A stretch of 64,000 nucleotides of DNA from contig DITQ01000002.1 of the NCBI GenBank assembly GCA_002422165.1, positions 13,174 to 77,173 of the forward strand, written 5' to 3'. The DNA is from Candidatus Pacebacteria bacterium UBA6180. GTDB taxonomy: Bacteria; Patescibacteriota; Microgenomatia; UBA1400; PJMF01. Positions 25,660-36,422 of the stretch are shown in pieces (the first letter of the stretch is position 1; every line of letters starts with the position of its first letter). Below the pieces are notes generated by a model. It was not told where the DNA came from. It did not search any database and saw nothing but the letters and a program-made list of their open reading frames with translations. A program made the position numbers and the translations under genes.

Positions 25660-26526
25660 ATGCACACAAGTCTAATCGACGCGCAAGCGAGATTTACTGA
25701 AAGTTTAAAGACAGGCGGCAAAGCCCACGCCACGGTCATTGCGTACAGCAAAGACATTGAACAGTTGGCTGATTTTCTAAGTAAAAGATCCAAAACCCTA
25801 CTTAGCGAAGTGTTGACCGACGATGTCGAGGATTTCAAGGAGTTGTTGCGTAAACAACGCTACACCACTAAGTCCATTTCTCGCAAAATTAATTCTATCA
25901 AGGCTTTCTTTCGTTTTTGTTTGAGTGAAGGCTTGCTTAGTAGCAATCCAACCGAAGATATTTCTCAACCTAAATTTGATCAGTCTCCTCCTCGCATTTT
26001 GTCTCGCCTAGAATACCGCGCTTTGCGTGATTCTTGTCGGGCCGATGCTCGCATGCACGCCATCGTGGAGATTTTGCTCCAGACAGGGATGCGTATCAGC
26101 GAATTGGCTAATTTGCAAATTACTGACATCGATCTCGAGCGCGAGCTAATCTACATTCAAGCTCAAAATTCTCGGGAAGCCCGCCGCATTCCTCTTAACT
26201 CCGCAGCCAAGAAATCTGTTATGGATTATTTGCGTTTACGTCCTCGTACCAAAGAAAAAACTCTTTTTCTGACCAAAACTTGTCGCCCCTTCTTGGTGCG
26301 CAATATTCGCACCGCTATTGATCGTTACTTCCGTTTGGCTGGTATTAAAGATGCCAAGGTCAATGACCTGCGACATACTTTTGTCATCGAGCAGCTCAAG
26401 GCTGGCACACCCTTAGTTTACGTCTCGCAGTTAGTCGGGCACAAGCGCATTACCACCACCGAAAAATACCTCCACTTGATTGAGGCTCCAGACATGCAGC
26501 CGAATATTAAGATTGAAGAGTTGTAA
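25660..26526 (+). CDS. Tyrosine site-specific recombinase, XerC/XerD family
   Basis: 288 aa; C-terminal catalytic motifs LRHTF...HKRITTTEKYLHL (R..HxxR..Y); N-terminal core-binding domain; AGGTGG RBS. Confidence 0.7.
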   Translation: MHTSLIDAQARFTESLKTGGKAHATVIAYSKDIEQLADFLSKRSKTLLSEVLTDDVEDFKELLRKQRYTTKSISRKINSIKAFFRFCLSEGLLSSNPTEDISQPKFDQSPPRILSRLEYRALRDSCRADARMHAIVEILLQTGMRISELANLQITDIDLERELIYIQAQNSREARRIPLNSAAKKSVMDYLRLRPRTKEKTLFLTKTCRPFLVRNIRTAIDRYFRLAGIKDAKVNDLRHTFVIEQLKAGTPLVYVSQLVGHKRITTTEKYLHLIEAPDMQPNIKIEEL

Positions 26527-26539
26527 ATTTCAATAAACT

Positions 26540-26610
26540 TTTCAGAGTCGCGTTCGACGGAAATATTTTTTAATTAACGGCTTTATTTCTCACTCGTTGA
26601 AAGCGCTGCT
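26540..26610 (+). repeat. Intergenic conserved element, partial copy D (3' of recombinase gene)
   Basis: CAGAGTCGCGTTCGACGGAAAT and CTCGTTGAAAGCGCTG match the 5' and central motifs of copies A-C; 3' motif not evident (overlaps end of minus-strand ORF). Confidence 0.5.
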
Positions 26611-26612
26611 AA

Positions 26613-26873
26613 TCACCATCTTCTTTTTTGATCTTTTAAAGGGACATAATCTTTTTTTTCTGTCCTTTCCTCCTCTTCTTTTGTCAAAGCTAAAAAAAGA
26701 TTACGTACTCTGACTCCCCATTTAACAGTTTTTTGAGCTGTTTGCTCATGGCGCAGCAGTCGCAACAAGGTAGTTTTTTCTTTATCATCCATAAGTTTAA
26801 GATCTTCGAGCTCAGCATGTTTTAAAGCTGCTTCTGCTACTCTTTGGGTTGTGTCATTGATTTCGTTTGCCAT
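26613..26873 (-). CDS. Hypothetical small protein
   Basis: 86-aa ORF, charged/helical; no RBS seen; overlaps element D at its 3' end. Confidence 0.3.
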   Translation of the reverse strand: MANEINDTTQRVAEAALKHAELEDLKLMDDKEKTTLLRLLRHEQTAQKTVKWGVRVRNLFLALTKEEEERTEKKDYVPLKDQKRRW

Positions 26874-26982
26874 TGTTTCTATTTAATAATAGGTTTTAAA
26901 ATCTTGCAAGATATGACGTTGCTCTATTTTTTTAAGTACTTAAAATCTTGTTGGTGAGTGAATTATTTATGCTAAGATACCT

Positions 26983-27993
26983 ATGACTATGACACAGACA
27001 TCCAAGACTCGCGTTTTCTCCGGCACCCGTGCCACCGGCCGTCTCCACCTCGGTAATTATTTTGGTGCCGTCAAAGGCTATATCGATTTACAGAATGATT
27101 CGAAGTATGAGTGTATTTACATGGCGGTCGATGTTCATACCATTACCACGCCGTATGAGGCGGTGACCTTGGCGACTTCGACCAGAGAAATAATCATGGA
27201 CTACCTAGCAGCTGGACTCGATCCAGACAAAGCGATCGTTACCATCCAGTCATTGGTGCCCGAGCACGTGGAGTTAGCATTTTTGTTTTCCTCAGTAGTG
27301 TCGGTGGCCAAGATGCAGCATCTCCCGACTTTCAAAGACAAGGTTAAGCAGCACCCCGATAATGTCACTCTAGCGCTGCTCAACTATCCAACCCTGATGG
27401 CGGCGGATATTTTGTCTTACAAGACTGAGCTGGTCCCGGCTGGTCTTGATCAGGAGCCACACATCGAGGTTACTCGCGAGATTGCTCGGCGGATGAACGA
27501 TCTTTACGGCACAGATTTTCCAGAAACCAAGCGCTTTGCTACCCCAGCACAATATGTACCTTCACTTACCGGCGCTGGCAAGATGAGCAAGTCAGTCGAG
27601 GGCAGTTCGATCAACTTGACCGATGATTTGGCACTGATCAAGAAGCGGCTAGCCAGTTGTCCTACCGATGCTGGCACAGGGGAAGTGGTTCCAACTAGCG
27701 GTGGGGTCGCTAACTTGCTGACTTTTGTCGAAATTTTCCAAGGAACAGAGCGTAAAAAGGTCTACGAAGCCGACTATTTGAGCAAGGGTATTCGCTATGG
27801 CGATCTCAAGGCCGAATTGGCGGAGGCGATTTTCGCTCACTTGGCACCGATTCGAACCAAGCGTCTGGAATTAGAACAAAATCAAGCTTACGTCGATCAA
27901 ATTATTAAGGACGGGGCTATAAAAGCCCGCCAAATTGCCGCAGCCACGCTTCGTGAGACCAAAGCCAAGATGGGATTTTATGGCCAAAATTAA
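26983..27993 (+). CDS. trpS: Tryptophanyl-tRNA synthetase
   Basis: RVFSGTRATGRLHLGNYFGA (HIGH-type) and KMSKS motifs; 336 aa. Confidence 0.85.
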   Translation: MTMTQTSKTRVFSGTRATGRLHLGNYFGAVKGYIDLQNDSKYECIYMAVDVHTITTPYEAVTLATSTREIIMDYLAAGLDPDKAIVTIQSLVPEHVELAFLFSSVVSVAKMQHLPTFKDKVKQHPDNVTLALLNYPTLMAADILSYKTELVPAGLDQEPHIEVTREIARRMNDLYGTDFPETKRFATPAQYVPSLTGAGKMSKSVEGSSINLTDDLALIKKRLASCPTDAGTGEVVPTSGGVANLLTFVEIFQGTERKKVYEADYLSKGIRYGDLKAELAEAIFAHLAPIRTKRLELEQNQAYVDQIIKDGAIKARQIAAATLRETKAKMGFYGQN

Positions 27994-29104
27994 TCTTGCT
28001 GTCATATGTGGTGGGCGCAGCGTCGAACACGAAGTCTCGCTTGTGTCTGCCAAAAATATTTTGGCCGCAGTCGATCAGCAAAAGTACAACCTGCACTTAT
28101 TGGCGGTGGCCAAGGATGGCTCATTTCGCTATTACCGGAATTGGCAGAATTTTCTCAACCATCCAGATGACACCAATTTCGTCTCTCTTAAGCCAGAGGG
28201 TTTCACGCCTGTTGCTTTTTTGAGCGCTGATGCTCGTGGTCAAGTGTTGCTGCTTAGCGAGACACAAGAATTTTTGCAGCTCGACGTGGTTTTTCCGATC
28301 ATGCACGGCACTTTTGCTGAAGATGGCAAGATGCAGGGTTTCTTGGAGATGCTCAATTTGCCCTATGTTGGTCCAGATGTCTTAGCCTCGAGTATTTCGA
28401 TGGACAAGCAGGTCACCAAGCAGCTGACTGACCAGGCAGGTATCAAAAGCGCCAAGTATTTGACTTTCACTAGCGCCACTCGCGCGGAAATTACTCTGGA
28501 AAGCATTGAGGCTGCTTTGGGCTTGCCAGTTTTTGTCAAACCCGCTAACTCTGGTTCTTCGGTGGGCATCAGTCGCGCGACCGACGAACTCTCGCTCTAT
28601 CAGGCAGTCGAACAGGCTTTTAGCGTTGACCATAAAATTCTGATCGAAGAAGCCATCGTTGGCAGAGAGATCGAATGCTCGGTTCTTGGTAACCATGGTG
28701 CGCTGCAGGCTGGCGAGGTGGGTGAAATTATTCCAAGCAGCAAGCATGGTTTTTATTCTTATGATGCCAAATATCTCGATGAGGATGGGGCAGCTTTGCT
28801 GATTCCAGCACCGCTGTCTCCAGCCAAGAAAAAAGAAGTCCAAGAGTTGGCTAAGCAAATTTTTGTCACTCTCAACTGTGAAGGTATGGCGCGAGTTGAT
28901 TTTTTCCTTGACGGTAAGGACCAAGTTATTTTCAATGAAATCAACACCATCCCAGGTTTTACTAAAATTAGCATGTATCCTAAACTGATGATGGCTGAAA
29001 CAGGCCTGACTTACAGCGCCCTCATTGATCAGCTGATCGAGTTGGCAATCAAGCGTCATCAGCGTAACTCCGCCCTGCTCTTGGAAAAAAAGATGGTAGA
29101 ATAA
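27980..29104 (+). CDS. ddl: D-alanine--D-alanine ligase
   Basis: MAKINLAVICGGRSVEHEVSLVSAKNI N-terminus, ATP-grasp motifs; start at internal ATG 27980 (overlaps trpS end by 14 nt). Confidence 0.85.
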   Translation: MAKINLAVICGGRSVEHEVSLVSAKNILAAVDQQKYNLHLLAVAKDGSFRYYRNWQNFLNHPDDTNFVSLKPEGFTPVAFLSADARGQVLLLSETQEFLQLDVVFPIMHGTFAEDGKMQGFLEMLNLPYVGPDVLASSISMDKQVTKQLTDQAGIKSAKYLTFTSATRAEITLESIEAALGLPVFVKPANSGSSVGISRATDELSLYQAVEQAFSVDHKILIEEAIVGREIECSVLGNHGALQAGEVGEIIPSSKHGFYSYDAKYLDEDGAALLIPAPLSPAKKKEVQELAKQIFVTLNCEGMARVDFFLDGKDQVIFNEINTIPGFTKISMYPKLMMAETGLTYSALIDQLIELAIKRHQRNSALLLEKKMVE

Positions 29105-29132
29105 TTGCTCCTGTTATAAAATAGAACCTCCT

Positions 29133-29468
29133 ATGGCTGACACAATTCAATTCAGTGATTTCATTAAAGTAGAAATGCGCGTCGGGCTGGTGACGGCTGT
29201 TAGTGCACCAGAGTGGAGTGAAAAATTGCTAGAATTTACTGCAGATTTTGGTCCAGAAATCGGCACGCGCCGCGTCCTTTCTGGCGTGCGCCAGTGGTAT
29301 GGTGAATCTGACTTTTTGAACAAAAAATTTCCCTTCGTTGTCAATTTGGCTGAGCGCAAAATGGGCCCAAGCAGCAGTCAAGGCATGATGATGATGGTCG
29401 ATGGCCCAGACAAACCAATCCTAATTGAACTAAATGAACAAGCAAAAATAGGCGACCCTTTGGCCTAA
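29133..29468 (+). CDS. tRNA-binding domain protein (CsaA/Trbp111-like EMAP-fold)
   Basis: DFIKVEMRVGLVTAVSAPEWSEKLLEFTADFG...VVNLAERKM matches the Myf/EMAPII tRNA-binding domain. Confidence 0.65.
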   Translation: MADTIQFSDFIKVEMRVGLVTAVSAPEWSEKLLEFTADFGPEIGTRRVLSGVRQWYGESDFLNKKFPFVVNLAERKMGPSSSQGMMMMVDGPDKPILIELNEQAKIGDPLA

Positions 29469-29489
29469 ACTAAAAAAATAGAAAGATTT

Positions 29490-31430
29490 ATGACCGAAAA
29501 CGCAGCTGATCAAAAAAACCCAAACACTACTTCAAAGAAGCCTACAGCCAGCCAAAATTCTGGTGCGCCCAAGCAAAATCCTTCATACAAGCGCGTCGAA
29601 GTCAAAATTAATTTGAACAAATTTTTCAGCAAAACTTTGATTTACTTGTTGATCATTTTCCTATTTGTGCCTTCGCTGCTTGGCGCCTTTGGTGCTGGCA
29701 ATGCCCGCGAATCAATCACTATCAGTCAGATGGTTACTGATATTCGTGAGGATAAAGTCGCCAAAATGGAAGTTTACACTCAGGAGTTGCGCTTGACCTA
29801 CAAGGATGACTCCAAAAAAGTTGCCAAAAAAGAAGAAGGCCAACAAGCGCTGCAGATTTTAAACGCCGCTGGAATTGATCTGACCACTGTCGACACGGAA
29901 GTTCATGATGCCACTTTTTTGCAAATGATGTGGGAGTTGATTATCAATTTCTTGCCAATTATTTTGATGTTCGTTTTCCTGATGATCATGTTCCGCCAAG
30001 CACGTGGTGGGGCAGGTGGTGACATGATGTTTGGCATGGGCAAGAGCAAAGCTAAGGTTTTCGTCAAAGGCAAGCAAAACATTTCCTTCAAGGACGTCGG
30101 TGGCATGGATGAAGCCAAGAAAGAACTTGAGGAAATTGTTGACTTTTTGAAAAATCCCAAGAAATACACGCGTGTTGGTGCGCGTACGCCCAAGGGTGTG
30201 CTTTTGGTCGGGCCAGCAGGTACAGGTAAAACCCTGCTTGCTAGAGCAGTGGCTGGCGAAGCCAATGTGCAATTTCTTTCGATTGCTGGTAGTGAATTTA
30301 TGGAAATGCTGGTTGGCGTCGGCGCATCGAGGGTCAGAGATCTATTTGATACTGCCAAAAAAATTGCTCCATCCATTATTTTCATCGATGAAATTGATGC
30401 CATTGGTCGCACTCGTAGCCGCAACAGCATGTCTTCTCACGATGAGCGCGAGCAGACGCTAAACCAAATTTTGGTGGAAATGGACGGTTTTACTCAGAAC
30501 GACAACGTGATTGTTATGGCTGCCACCAATCGCGGCGATATGCTTGATCCAGCTTTGGTTCGTCCAGGTCGTTTCGATCGTCGCGTCCAAGTCAACTTGC
30601 CAGATCTCGAAGAGCGCAAATTTATCTTAAGTATTCACGCTAAAAACAAAGTTTTCACCAAAGACCTGAATTGGGATCGCGTTGCCAAGCGCACCGTCGG
30701 TTTTTCTGGAGCTGATCTCGAGAATATGCTCAATGAAGCTGCCATTGCTATCGCTCGCGAAAATCGTACTGAGGTAACTATGGAAGACATCGAAGAAGCC
30801 TCGCTTAAGACTAAGTATGGTCCGAGCAAAAAACGTCTTCAAGACGAGCTCGAGAAAAAGATGACCGCCTATCACGAAGCTGGTCACGCCGTCTTGGCTC
30901 ACGTTTTGCCTTATGCCGATCCGGTCCACCGTATTTCAATTGTTTCTCGCGGTCAAGCTCTCGGTTATACTTTTACTCCTCCAGAAAAAGACAAGTTGCA
31001 AATCCTCAAGTCAGAACTACTTGATGATATGGTTGTGATGTTTGGTGGGCGCGCGGCTGAAATGTTGATCTTCAACGAGCAAACCGCTGGCGCCAGCAAT
31101 GACATCGAGCGAGCTACCAGAATCGCTCGTAGCATGGTGGTGCGCTTCGGGATGAGTAGCTTAGGACCGATGAATTTCGGACCGATTTACGAAACTGAGG
31201 ACTACAATCGTGCTTGGGTTGAGCCAGACAAATTATCTCCTAAGATTCAGGAACAAGTTGATGCAGCCATGTTGTCTTACATCGGTGAAGCTGAAACCAA
31301 AGCCATGACTTTGCTCAAAAAATATCGTTCCAAGTTGGAGCTAGTAGCCACGGAGTTGCTTGAGCGTGAAACTTTGGACGCTGATGATTTTGCCAAACTG
31401 ATGGACATGCCCAAAGCCAAAGTCGTATAA
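29490..31430 (+). CDS. ftsH: ATP-dependent zinc metalloprotease FtsH (with ~40-aa low-complexity N-terminal extension)
   Basis: Walker A GPAGTGKT, Walker [13 protein letters not shown], zinc-binding HEAGH; two N-terminal TM segments. Confidence 0.9.
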   Translation: MTENAADQKNPNTTSKKPTASQNSGAPKQNPSYKRVEVKINLNKFFSKTLIYLLIIFLFVPSLLGAFGAGNARESITISQMVTDIREDKVAKMEVYTQELRLTYKDDSKKVAKKEEGQQALQILNAAGIDLTTVDTEVHDATFLQMMWELIINFLPIILMFVFLMIMFRQARGGAGGDMMFGMGKSKAKVFVKGKQNISFKDVGGMDEAKKELEEIVDFLKNPKKYTRVGARTPKGVLLVGPAGTGKTLLARAVAGEANVQFLSIAGSEFMEMLVGVGASRVRDLFDTAKKIAPSIIFIDEIDAIGRTRSRNSMSSHDEREQTLNQILVEMDGFTQNDNVIVMAATNRGDMLDPALVRPGRFDRRVQVNLPDLEERKFILSIHAKNKVFTKDLNWDRVAKRTVGFSGADLENMLNEAAIAIARENRTEVTMEDIEEASLKTKYGPSKKRLQDELEKKMTAYHEAGHAVLAHVLPYADPVHRISIVSRGQALGYTFTPPEKDKLQILKSELLDDMVVMFGGRAAEMLIFNEQTAGASNDIERATRIARSMVVRFGMSSLGPMNFGPIYETEDYNRAWVEPDKLSPKIQEQVDAAMLSYIGEAETKAMTLLKKYRSKLELVATELLERETLDADDFAKLMDMPKAKVV

Positions 31431-31439
31431 TCGAATTAT

Positions 31440-31596
31440 AGTTTTGCTCTTTAATTCAGTCACGTGCGACGGAAAGGTTTGCTTCATTGAAGTTGACAAT
31501 CTTCTTCTTACTCGGTGAAGGCGCTGTTTAAAACATAAGTTATTTGTTTTTGTTACTGCCCATCGCCTTCAACGGACTGCCTTAAAGAGCAAAACT
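31440..31596 (+). repeat. Intergenic conserved element, copy B (3' of ftsH), flanked by a perfect 15-bp inverted repeat
   Basis: AGTTTTGCTCTTTAA (31440-31454) / TTAAAGAGCAAAACT (31582-31596); 5' motif CAGTCACGTGCGACGGAAAG, central CTCGGTGAAGGCGCTG, 3' ACGGACTGCCTTAAAGAGC; about 80% identical to copy A over the central 50 nt. Confidence 0.6.
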
Positions 31597-31638
31597 ATTA
31601 GAAATATTTAAAGGTAAGTTTTTTTAAAACACAACGCA

Positions 31639-32571
31639 GTGCCAAGTTCTCATAAATTTCTCCTTGTCGATGCTCACGCTTTGATCTATCGCGCTTACTA
31701 CGCGATTCCCAACCTAACCGATCCTCAGGGTAATTTAGTCAATGCGGTTTATGGTTTTAGTAAAATGCTGCTTAATGCCATTTCCTACTTCGAACCAGAG
31801 TACGCGGCGGTTTGTTTCGATCATCCCAAACCAACTTTTCGTCACAAGAAATTTGACGGCTACAAGGCACAGCGCGCCAAAATGCCCGATGATTTGATTC
31901 CGCAAATCCAGATCGTCAAAGATGTGGTCGCAGCACTCGGTGTGCCGAAGTTCGAGCTAGAAGGTTTCGAAGCCGACGATTTGATCGGCACAGTCAACTG
32001 CAAAGTCGAGGATTTAAATGACGGCTTGATGACGATCATCGTCACTGGTGATCAGGATTCTTTCCAACTGGTTGATGATGATACTCACATCTGGATGCCT
32101 GCTCGTGGTAAGCAGAAGGGCGACATCGAGTACGATGCTGGACTGGTGGAGAAAAAACTCGGCATCAAGCCAGCGCAAGTGATTGACCTCAAAGCCCTAA
32201 TGGGTGATAGCTCTGACAATATTCCAGGAGTGAAAGGGGTGGGTCCCAAGACCGCCGCTGCCCTAGTTCAGAAATTTGGCAGCGTCGAGCAAGTTTATGA
32301 TTTTTTGAGTAAAAACCCCACTGGCAACGAACTGATTAAAGGTGCACTTTTGACCAAACTGATAGATGGTCGAGAAGATGCCTTAATGAGTAAAGATTTG
32401 GCGACTATCAGCTGTAATGTGCCGCTAGATTTCGAACTCGAGCAGTGTCGAGTGACTGGTTACGACAAAAACCAAGTTATTAGTATTTTTCAAACTTTGG
32501 GCTTCAAGTCGTTAATTAGCTTGCTCCCACAAGACGCGTTTGAAAGTTCAGTTCAGGAGGCTTTGTTTTAA
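31639..32571 (+). CDS. Stand-alone 5'-3' exonuclease (FEN/Pol I N-terminal-domain-like)
   Basis: FLLVDAHALIYRAYYAIP, GYKAQR, acidic metal-binding clusters (TGDQD, DSSDNIPGV) and H3TH region; 310 aa, no polymerase domain. Confidence 0.75.
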   Translation: MPSSHKFLLVDAHALIYRAYYAIPNLTDPQGNLVNAVYGFSKMLLNAISYFEPEYAAVCFDHPKPTFRHKKFDGYKAQRAKMPDDLIPQIQIVKDVVAALGVPKFELEGFEADDLIGTVNCKVEDLNDGLMTIIVTGDQDSFQLVDDDTHIWMPARGKQKGDIEYDAGLVEKKLGIKPAQVIDLKALMGDSSDNIPGVKGVGPKTAAALVQKFGSVEQVYDFLSKNPTGNELIKGALLTKLIDGREDALMSKDLATISCNVPLDFELEQCRVTGYDKNQVISIFQTLGFKSLISLLPQDAFESSVQEALF

Positions 32572-32572
32572 T

Positions 32573-33718
32573 ATGTCAAAAAAACCCCAGCGTGTCGCTC
32601 TTGTTCATGATTATCTCCGCGAATATGGTGGGGCTGAGCGAGTGCTGGAGGCTTTACACCAGATTTGGCCAGAAGCGCCAGTTTATACAGCCTTTGCCGA
32701 TCCTCGAGCTATGGGGACTAACTGGGCGCGTTTTGCTACTTGGGATATCCGTCAGAGCAAGTTGACCTCTTTTCCTTTTTATCGTCAGCTTTTTTCGCCG
32801 CTGCGTATTTTTGCCAAGTGGGCCTTCGAGCAATTTGACCTTCGTGAATATGATTTGGTCATTAGCTCAAGTAATGCCTATTTTGCCAAAGCGGCTCGCG
32901 CTGTTTCTAGTCGCCATTTCTGCTACTGTCACACGCCACCAAGAGTTCTTTATGGCTATAGTGCGAAAAGCAACTGGCAAGCTAATCCATTAACTAAGGC
33001 AGCCGGAAATTTTCTCAACCATTTCGTGAGGCAAATGGATTTTATCGCTGCCCAGAACCCTGACCAGATGATTGCTAATTCTAGAGAAACTCAACTACGT
33101 ATCAAAAAATTTTATAAACGCTCTAGCGTAGTAATTAACCCACCGATTGCCATTTATGATGAGGCAGCAGAATTTTTTGCTAAGCTGAGTAAAAAAGAAC
33201 TTGCTGACCTGGCAGTTAAGAAACAAAACTCTTATTATCTCTACGTCAATCGTCTTGCCAAATCTAAACATCCCGACTTAGCAGTGCAGGTAGCCAGTGA
33301 ACTAGGTTTGCCTCTCAAGGTGGTGGGAACAGGAGCGATGCTTTCGTCACTTCGTGCCATGGCCAAGTCAAATGTGGAATTTCTAGGTTTCGTCGATGAT
33401 CAGCAATTGTCAGGGTTGTACAAGAATGCTCGTGCTTTGCTTTATCCAGCCGAAGATGAAGATTTCGGCATGGTGCCAGTAGAAGCGATGGCTTACGGCA
33501 CCCCAGTGATTGCCCACTCTTCAGGTGGACCACTAGAAACGATTGAGGACGGACGGACTGGTCTTTTCTTCGCGGAATTAAGTACTGCTAGTTTGCGTCA
33601 AGCAATCATCAAATTTGAGAAAAATTTTGTACTCAATCCTCTGATAATTCACCAAATTACTAAACAATATTCCTTCGCAGCATTTAAACAAAAACTACTC
33701 AAGTTAGTCTCAGATTAA
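32573..33718 (+). CDS. Glycosyltransferase family 4 (group 1) protein
   Basis: GT-B fold; C-terminal E(x7)E-type region EDFGMVPVEAMAYGTPVIA; AGGAGG RBS before ATG 32573. Confidence 0.65.
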   Translation: MSKKPQRVALVHDYLREYGGAERVLEALHQIWPEAPVYTAFADPRAMGTNWARFATWDIRQSKLTSFPFYRQLFSPLRIFAKWAFEQFDLREYDLVISSSNAYFAKAARAVSSRHFCYCHTPPRVLYGYSAKSNWQANPLTKAAGNFLNHFVRQMDFIAAQNPDQMIANSRETQLRIKKFYKRSSVVINPPIAIYDEAAEFFAKLSKKELADLAVKKQNSYYLYVNRLAKSKHPDLAVQVASELGLPLKVVGTGAMLSSLRAMAKSNVEFLGFVDDQQLSGLYKNARALLYPAEDEDFGMVPVEAMAYGTPVIAHSSGGPLETIEDGRTGLFFAELSTASLRQAIIKFEKNFVLNPLIIHQITKQYSFAAFKQKLLKLVSD

Positions 33719-35139
33719 TTGCGGATTAGTTTCAATTTAGCCACCTCGTTAATTGGCATAAAAACTTCAACTCGCAGCAGCGCGGCATCGGTGGCAACTT
33801 GTTGATTTTGTTTACTGCCACCCAAGAATTCTTGGTTTAGTGTGTAGCTGCCTGGCTCGATGTTGGTAAAAGTAATCGGTACCAGTTCGCTATTTCTTCC
33901 TTTAGGATCGAAGTTAGCGATAATTAATTCAACTTCTCCCAAATCATTACGAGCGGCCAATGCTTTGACAAAAGAACCAAGGCCAGTGATTTGTAATCGT
34001 TGGTCGGGGATGCTATCAAGCATGCGTAGGGCTTGATAGCGAGGTTTGGAATTGGCTCCGAAATCGTTATGTGTAAACATCCCCCACCTCCCCCAATGCT
34101 GTTTACCCTCTGGGTCTTTGCCATCTTGGATCTCAAAAGCAAAAGCTCGCTCAACACGATTGCTCATGGCGATTGCTCCTGCGACTGTGTGAGCAGCGCT
34201 GTATGCTGAATCATATCCAGCGTGATTGTTGCTGTCATGACCCCATTCGGTGATTTGGAATTCGAGAGTTGGCTCTAATTGGGGAAATTCCTGTACCCAC
34301 TGTCTCACCAGAGCCATGTCTTCGGCGAATTGTTCGATGTTGTTGCTGTAGCGATGCCAGGAGAAAAAATCACAACGCCAGTTGTTGGCAACGCAGCCCT
34401 TGGCCCAAGCAGTGAACCAGTTTTTATAGAGTGCGGTGATAGCGGGGCCACCAAGCTTGAAGGGCAAGACACTGCGGGCATTTTTGGCTCCAGCACTAGC
34501 GTAGGCGTACATGGTCAGGTAATTTTTGTCACCGTAATATTTGAAAGAGCCGAAGAGGTCTGGCTCATTCCAGACCTCATAGTAGACATCGCTAATTCTT
34601 CTAGTACCACTCAGGTGCTCGATGGTGCGCTGAACGACCAGTTGCCAATCTGACCAGTGGACAGGATAAGCTAAGATATCTCCAGAAGAAATTGCTGGTG
34701 GCATGTAGCTAAGGGCGATGTAAGGTTTGGCGCCTGTAGCTAAGATGTCATCAATGATTAAATCAAACTTAGTCCAATCAAAAGTAATGTTGCCAGGAGT
34801 GCCTTGGACAATGTCGTAGAAATCATAGATGTGGTCGAGGCGAATATACTCTGGCTTGAGCGTGGAAACTGGTCCTGTCAGGTTGGCAATGCGCCAGTTA
34901 TGATCTTCACCTCCCTGAGCAAGATTGCGCCAGGGTCGAGGCATAGGACCAAGAGCGGCAGTAGTGTTGACTATTAAATTGGCTGGAATACCGCTGGCTT
35001 GACCGAAAAATTCTCTGACTACTTGGATCTGCCAGGCCCCAGCCATGACACCGGTTAGAACAATCAATAAGCCAAGAAAAGACAACATGGCTTTACGCTT
35101 TTGCTTAAGTCTTGGGTTAATAGTGTAGTTTTGCCTCAT
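33715..35139 (-). CDS. Glycoside hydrolase, clan GH-A (GH5/GH39-like), N-terminal membrane anchor
   Basis: YEVWNEPD (acid/base Glu in NEP) and ITEWGHD (nucleophile Glu) motifs; TM helix near N-terminus; stop codon overlaps the stop of the convergent GT4 gene (TTAA at 33715-33718). Confidence 0.5.
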   Translation of the reverse strand: MRQNYTINPRLKQKRKAMLSFLGLLIVLTGVMAGAWQIQVVREFFGQASGIPANLIVNTTAALGPMPRPWRNLAQGGEDHNWRIANLTGPVSTLKPEYIRLDHIYDFYDIVQGTPGNITFDWTKFDLIIDDILATGAKPYIALSYMPPAISSGDILAYPVHWSDWQLVVQRTIEHLSGTRRISDVYYEVWNEPDLFGSFKYYGDKNYLTMYAYASAGAKNARSVLPFKLGGPAITALYKNWFTAWAKGCVANNWRCDFFSWHRYSNNIEQFAEDMALVRQWVQEFPQLEPTLEFQITEWGHDSNNHAGYDSAYSAAHTVAGAIAMSNRVERAFAFEIQDGKDPEGKQHWGRWGMFTHNDFGANSKPRYQALRMLDSIPDQRLQITGLGSFVKALAARNDLGEVELIIANFDPKGRNSELVPITFTNIEPGSYTLNQEFLGGSKQNQQVATDAALLRVEVFMPINEVAKLKLIRN

Positions 35140-35169
35140 GTAATTTTATGCTAGCAAAAAAATAGAGTC

Positions 35170-35198
35170 TTGTCTTATTGACTTTGTCTATTTATAAT
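35170..35198 (+). promoter_or_regulatory. Candidate atp operon promoter (TTGTCT-17nt-TATAAT)
   Basis: TTGTCT 35170-35175, TATAAT 35193-35198; a TTGACT at 35178-35183 is only 9 nt from the -10 and was not used. Confidence 0.3.
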
Positions 35199-35243
35199 CC
35201 AGCACGTAAATCGCTACGCTAATTTAATAGAAAGACATAAACC

Positions 35244-36122
35244 ATGGCCGCAGATAGCTTGCATGTTTCTATTTCCGCTGAGACAGTTGTTAACGTTTTT
35301 GGACTGCCAATCAGCAACTCTATTTTTACCAGTTTATTAGTCAGTTTCTTCCTAGTTGGTTTTGCAATTTATTTCAGATCAAAATTCAAAGAGACTGATC
35401 AGCCGAGTGGCTTACAAAATTTCGTCGAAATGGTGGTGGATGCTCTATACAATTTCGTTTATTCGATTACTGAGAATCACAAAAAATCTGCTCTTTTCTT
35501 TCCCATCATTGCTTCATTTTTCATTTTCATCATTATGAACAACTACGTGGGCTTGTTGCCTGGAGTAGGCCCAATTATGGTTGAGGAGGGTAAAATTGGC
35601 CAAAATGGTATTGTCACAGAAGTGCTTGCTTCATCTGAACCTGAAATAGAAGTGACAGAGGCTGCGGATTCGATTGCTGCGGAAGAACACAAGGAAGAGC
35701 ACAAGGCAGTTCCGCTACTTCGCGCTGCTACCGCTGATCTTAATACAACTTTGGCCTTGGCAATCATTTCTGTTTTCTTGACTCAAGTTTTTGGAGTGTC
35801 TCATTTAGGCTTGGCTTATTTCAAGAAATTTATTGATTTTTCCAACCCTATCAACTTTTTTGTAGGCATTTTAGAAATTATTTTAGAGGTAGCCAAAATT
35901 GTCTCTTTTGCTTTCAGGTTGTTTGGTAATATTTTTGCTGGCGAGGTCTTATTGGTTGTCATGACCTACTTGGTTGCAATTGCTGTGCCAGCGCCTTTCT
36001 ACGCTCTTGAGTTGTTTGTAGGCTTTATTCAGGCCTTAGTTTTCTCGATGTTGTCCTTAATATTCTTTAATTTGGCCACCAAAGGCCACCACGAAGAAGA
36101 GCATGAGACAGCTGCAGCTTAG
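35244..36122 (+). CDS. atpB: F-type ATP synthase Fo subunit a (with acidic insertion in a loop)
   Basis: FRLFGNIFAGEVLL conserved Arg motif; multiple TM helices. Confidence 0.85.
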   Translation: MAADSLHVSISAETVVNVFGLPISNSIFTSLLVSFFLVGFAIYFRSKFKETDQPSGLQNFVEMVVDALYNFVYSITENHKKSALFFPIIASFFIFIIMNNYVGLLPGVGPIMVEEGKIGQNGIVTEVLASSEPEIEVTEAADSIAAEEHKEEHKAVPLLRAATADLNTTLALAIISVFLTQVFGVSHLGLAYFKKFIDFSNPINFFVGILEIILEVAKIVSFAFRLFGNIFAGEVLLVVMTYLVAIAVPAPFYALELFVGFIQALVFSMLSLIFFNLATKGHHEEEHETAAA

Positions 36123-36154
36123 TATTTAGGTAATATAAAAATTAATAATAATAA

Positions 36155-36388
<234 letters not shown>

Positions 36389-36422
36389 ATCAAAGCAAAA
36401 AAAAGAAAAGGAGCTCTAAGCT

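Noticed and set aside
24147-26526. tRNA–HAD–recombinase segment as a classical integrative element
   Set aside because: No direct repeat of either tRNA 3' end was found downstream. The recombinase is XerC/D-sized (288 aa) with normal GC and may simply be the chromosome-dimer resolvase. It is kept only as a low-interest hypothesis in findings.
26874-26982. Possible T-box leader upstream of trpS
   Set aside because: The intergenic region is only about 108 nt, with no specifier-loop or T-box (AATTAGGGTGGNACCGCG-like) sequence visible. It is too short for a T-box riboswitch.
33715-33718. Overlapping convergent stop codons (TTAA) of the GT4 and GH genes
   Set aside because: This is real but trivial. 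Convergent overlap of stops without an intervening terminator is common in compact genomes.
35178-35198. TTGACT-N9-TATAAT (atp) and TTGACA-N9-TAGAAT (14082-14102) as promoters
   Set aside because: A 9-nt spacer is incompatible with sigma70 -35/-10 geometry. Alternative upstream -35-like hexamers or -10-only (extended/leaderless) promoters are more plausible.
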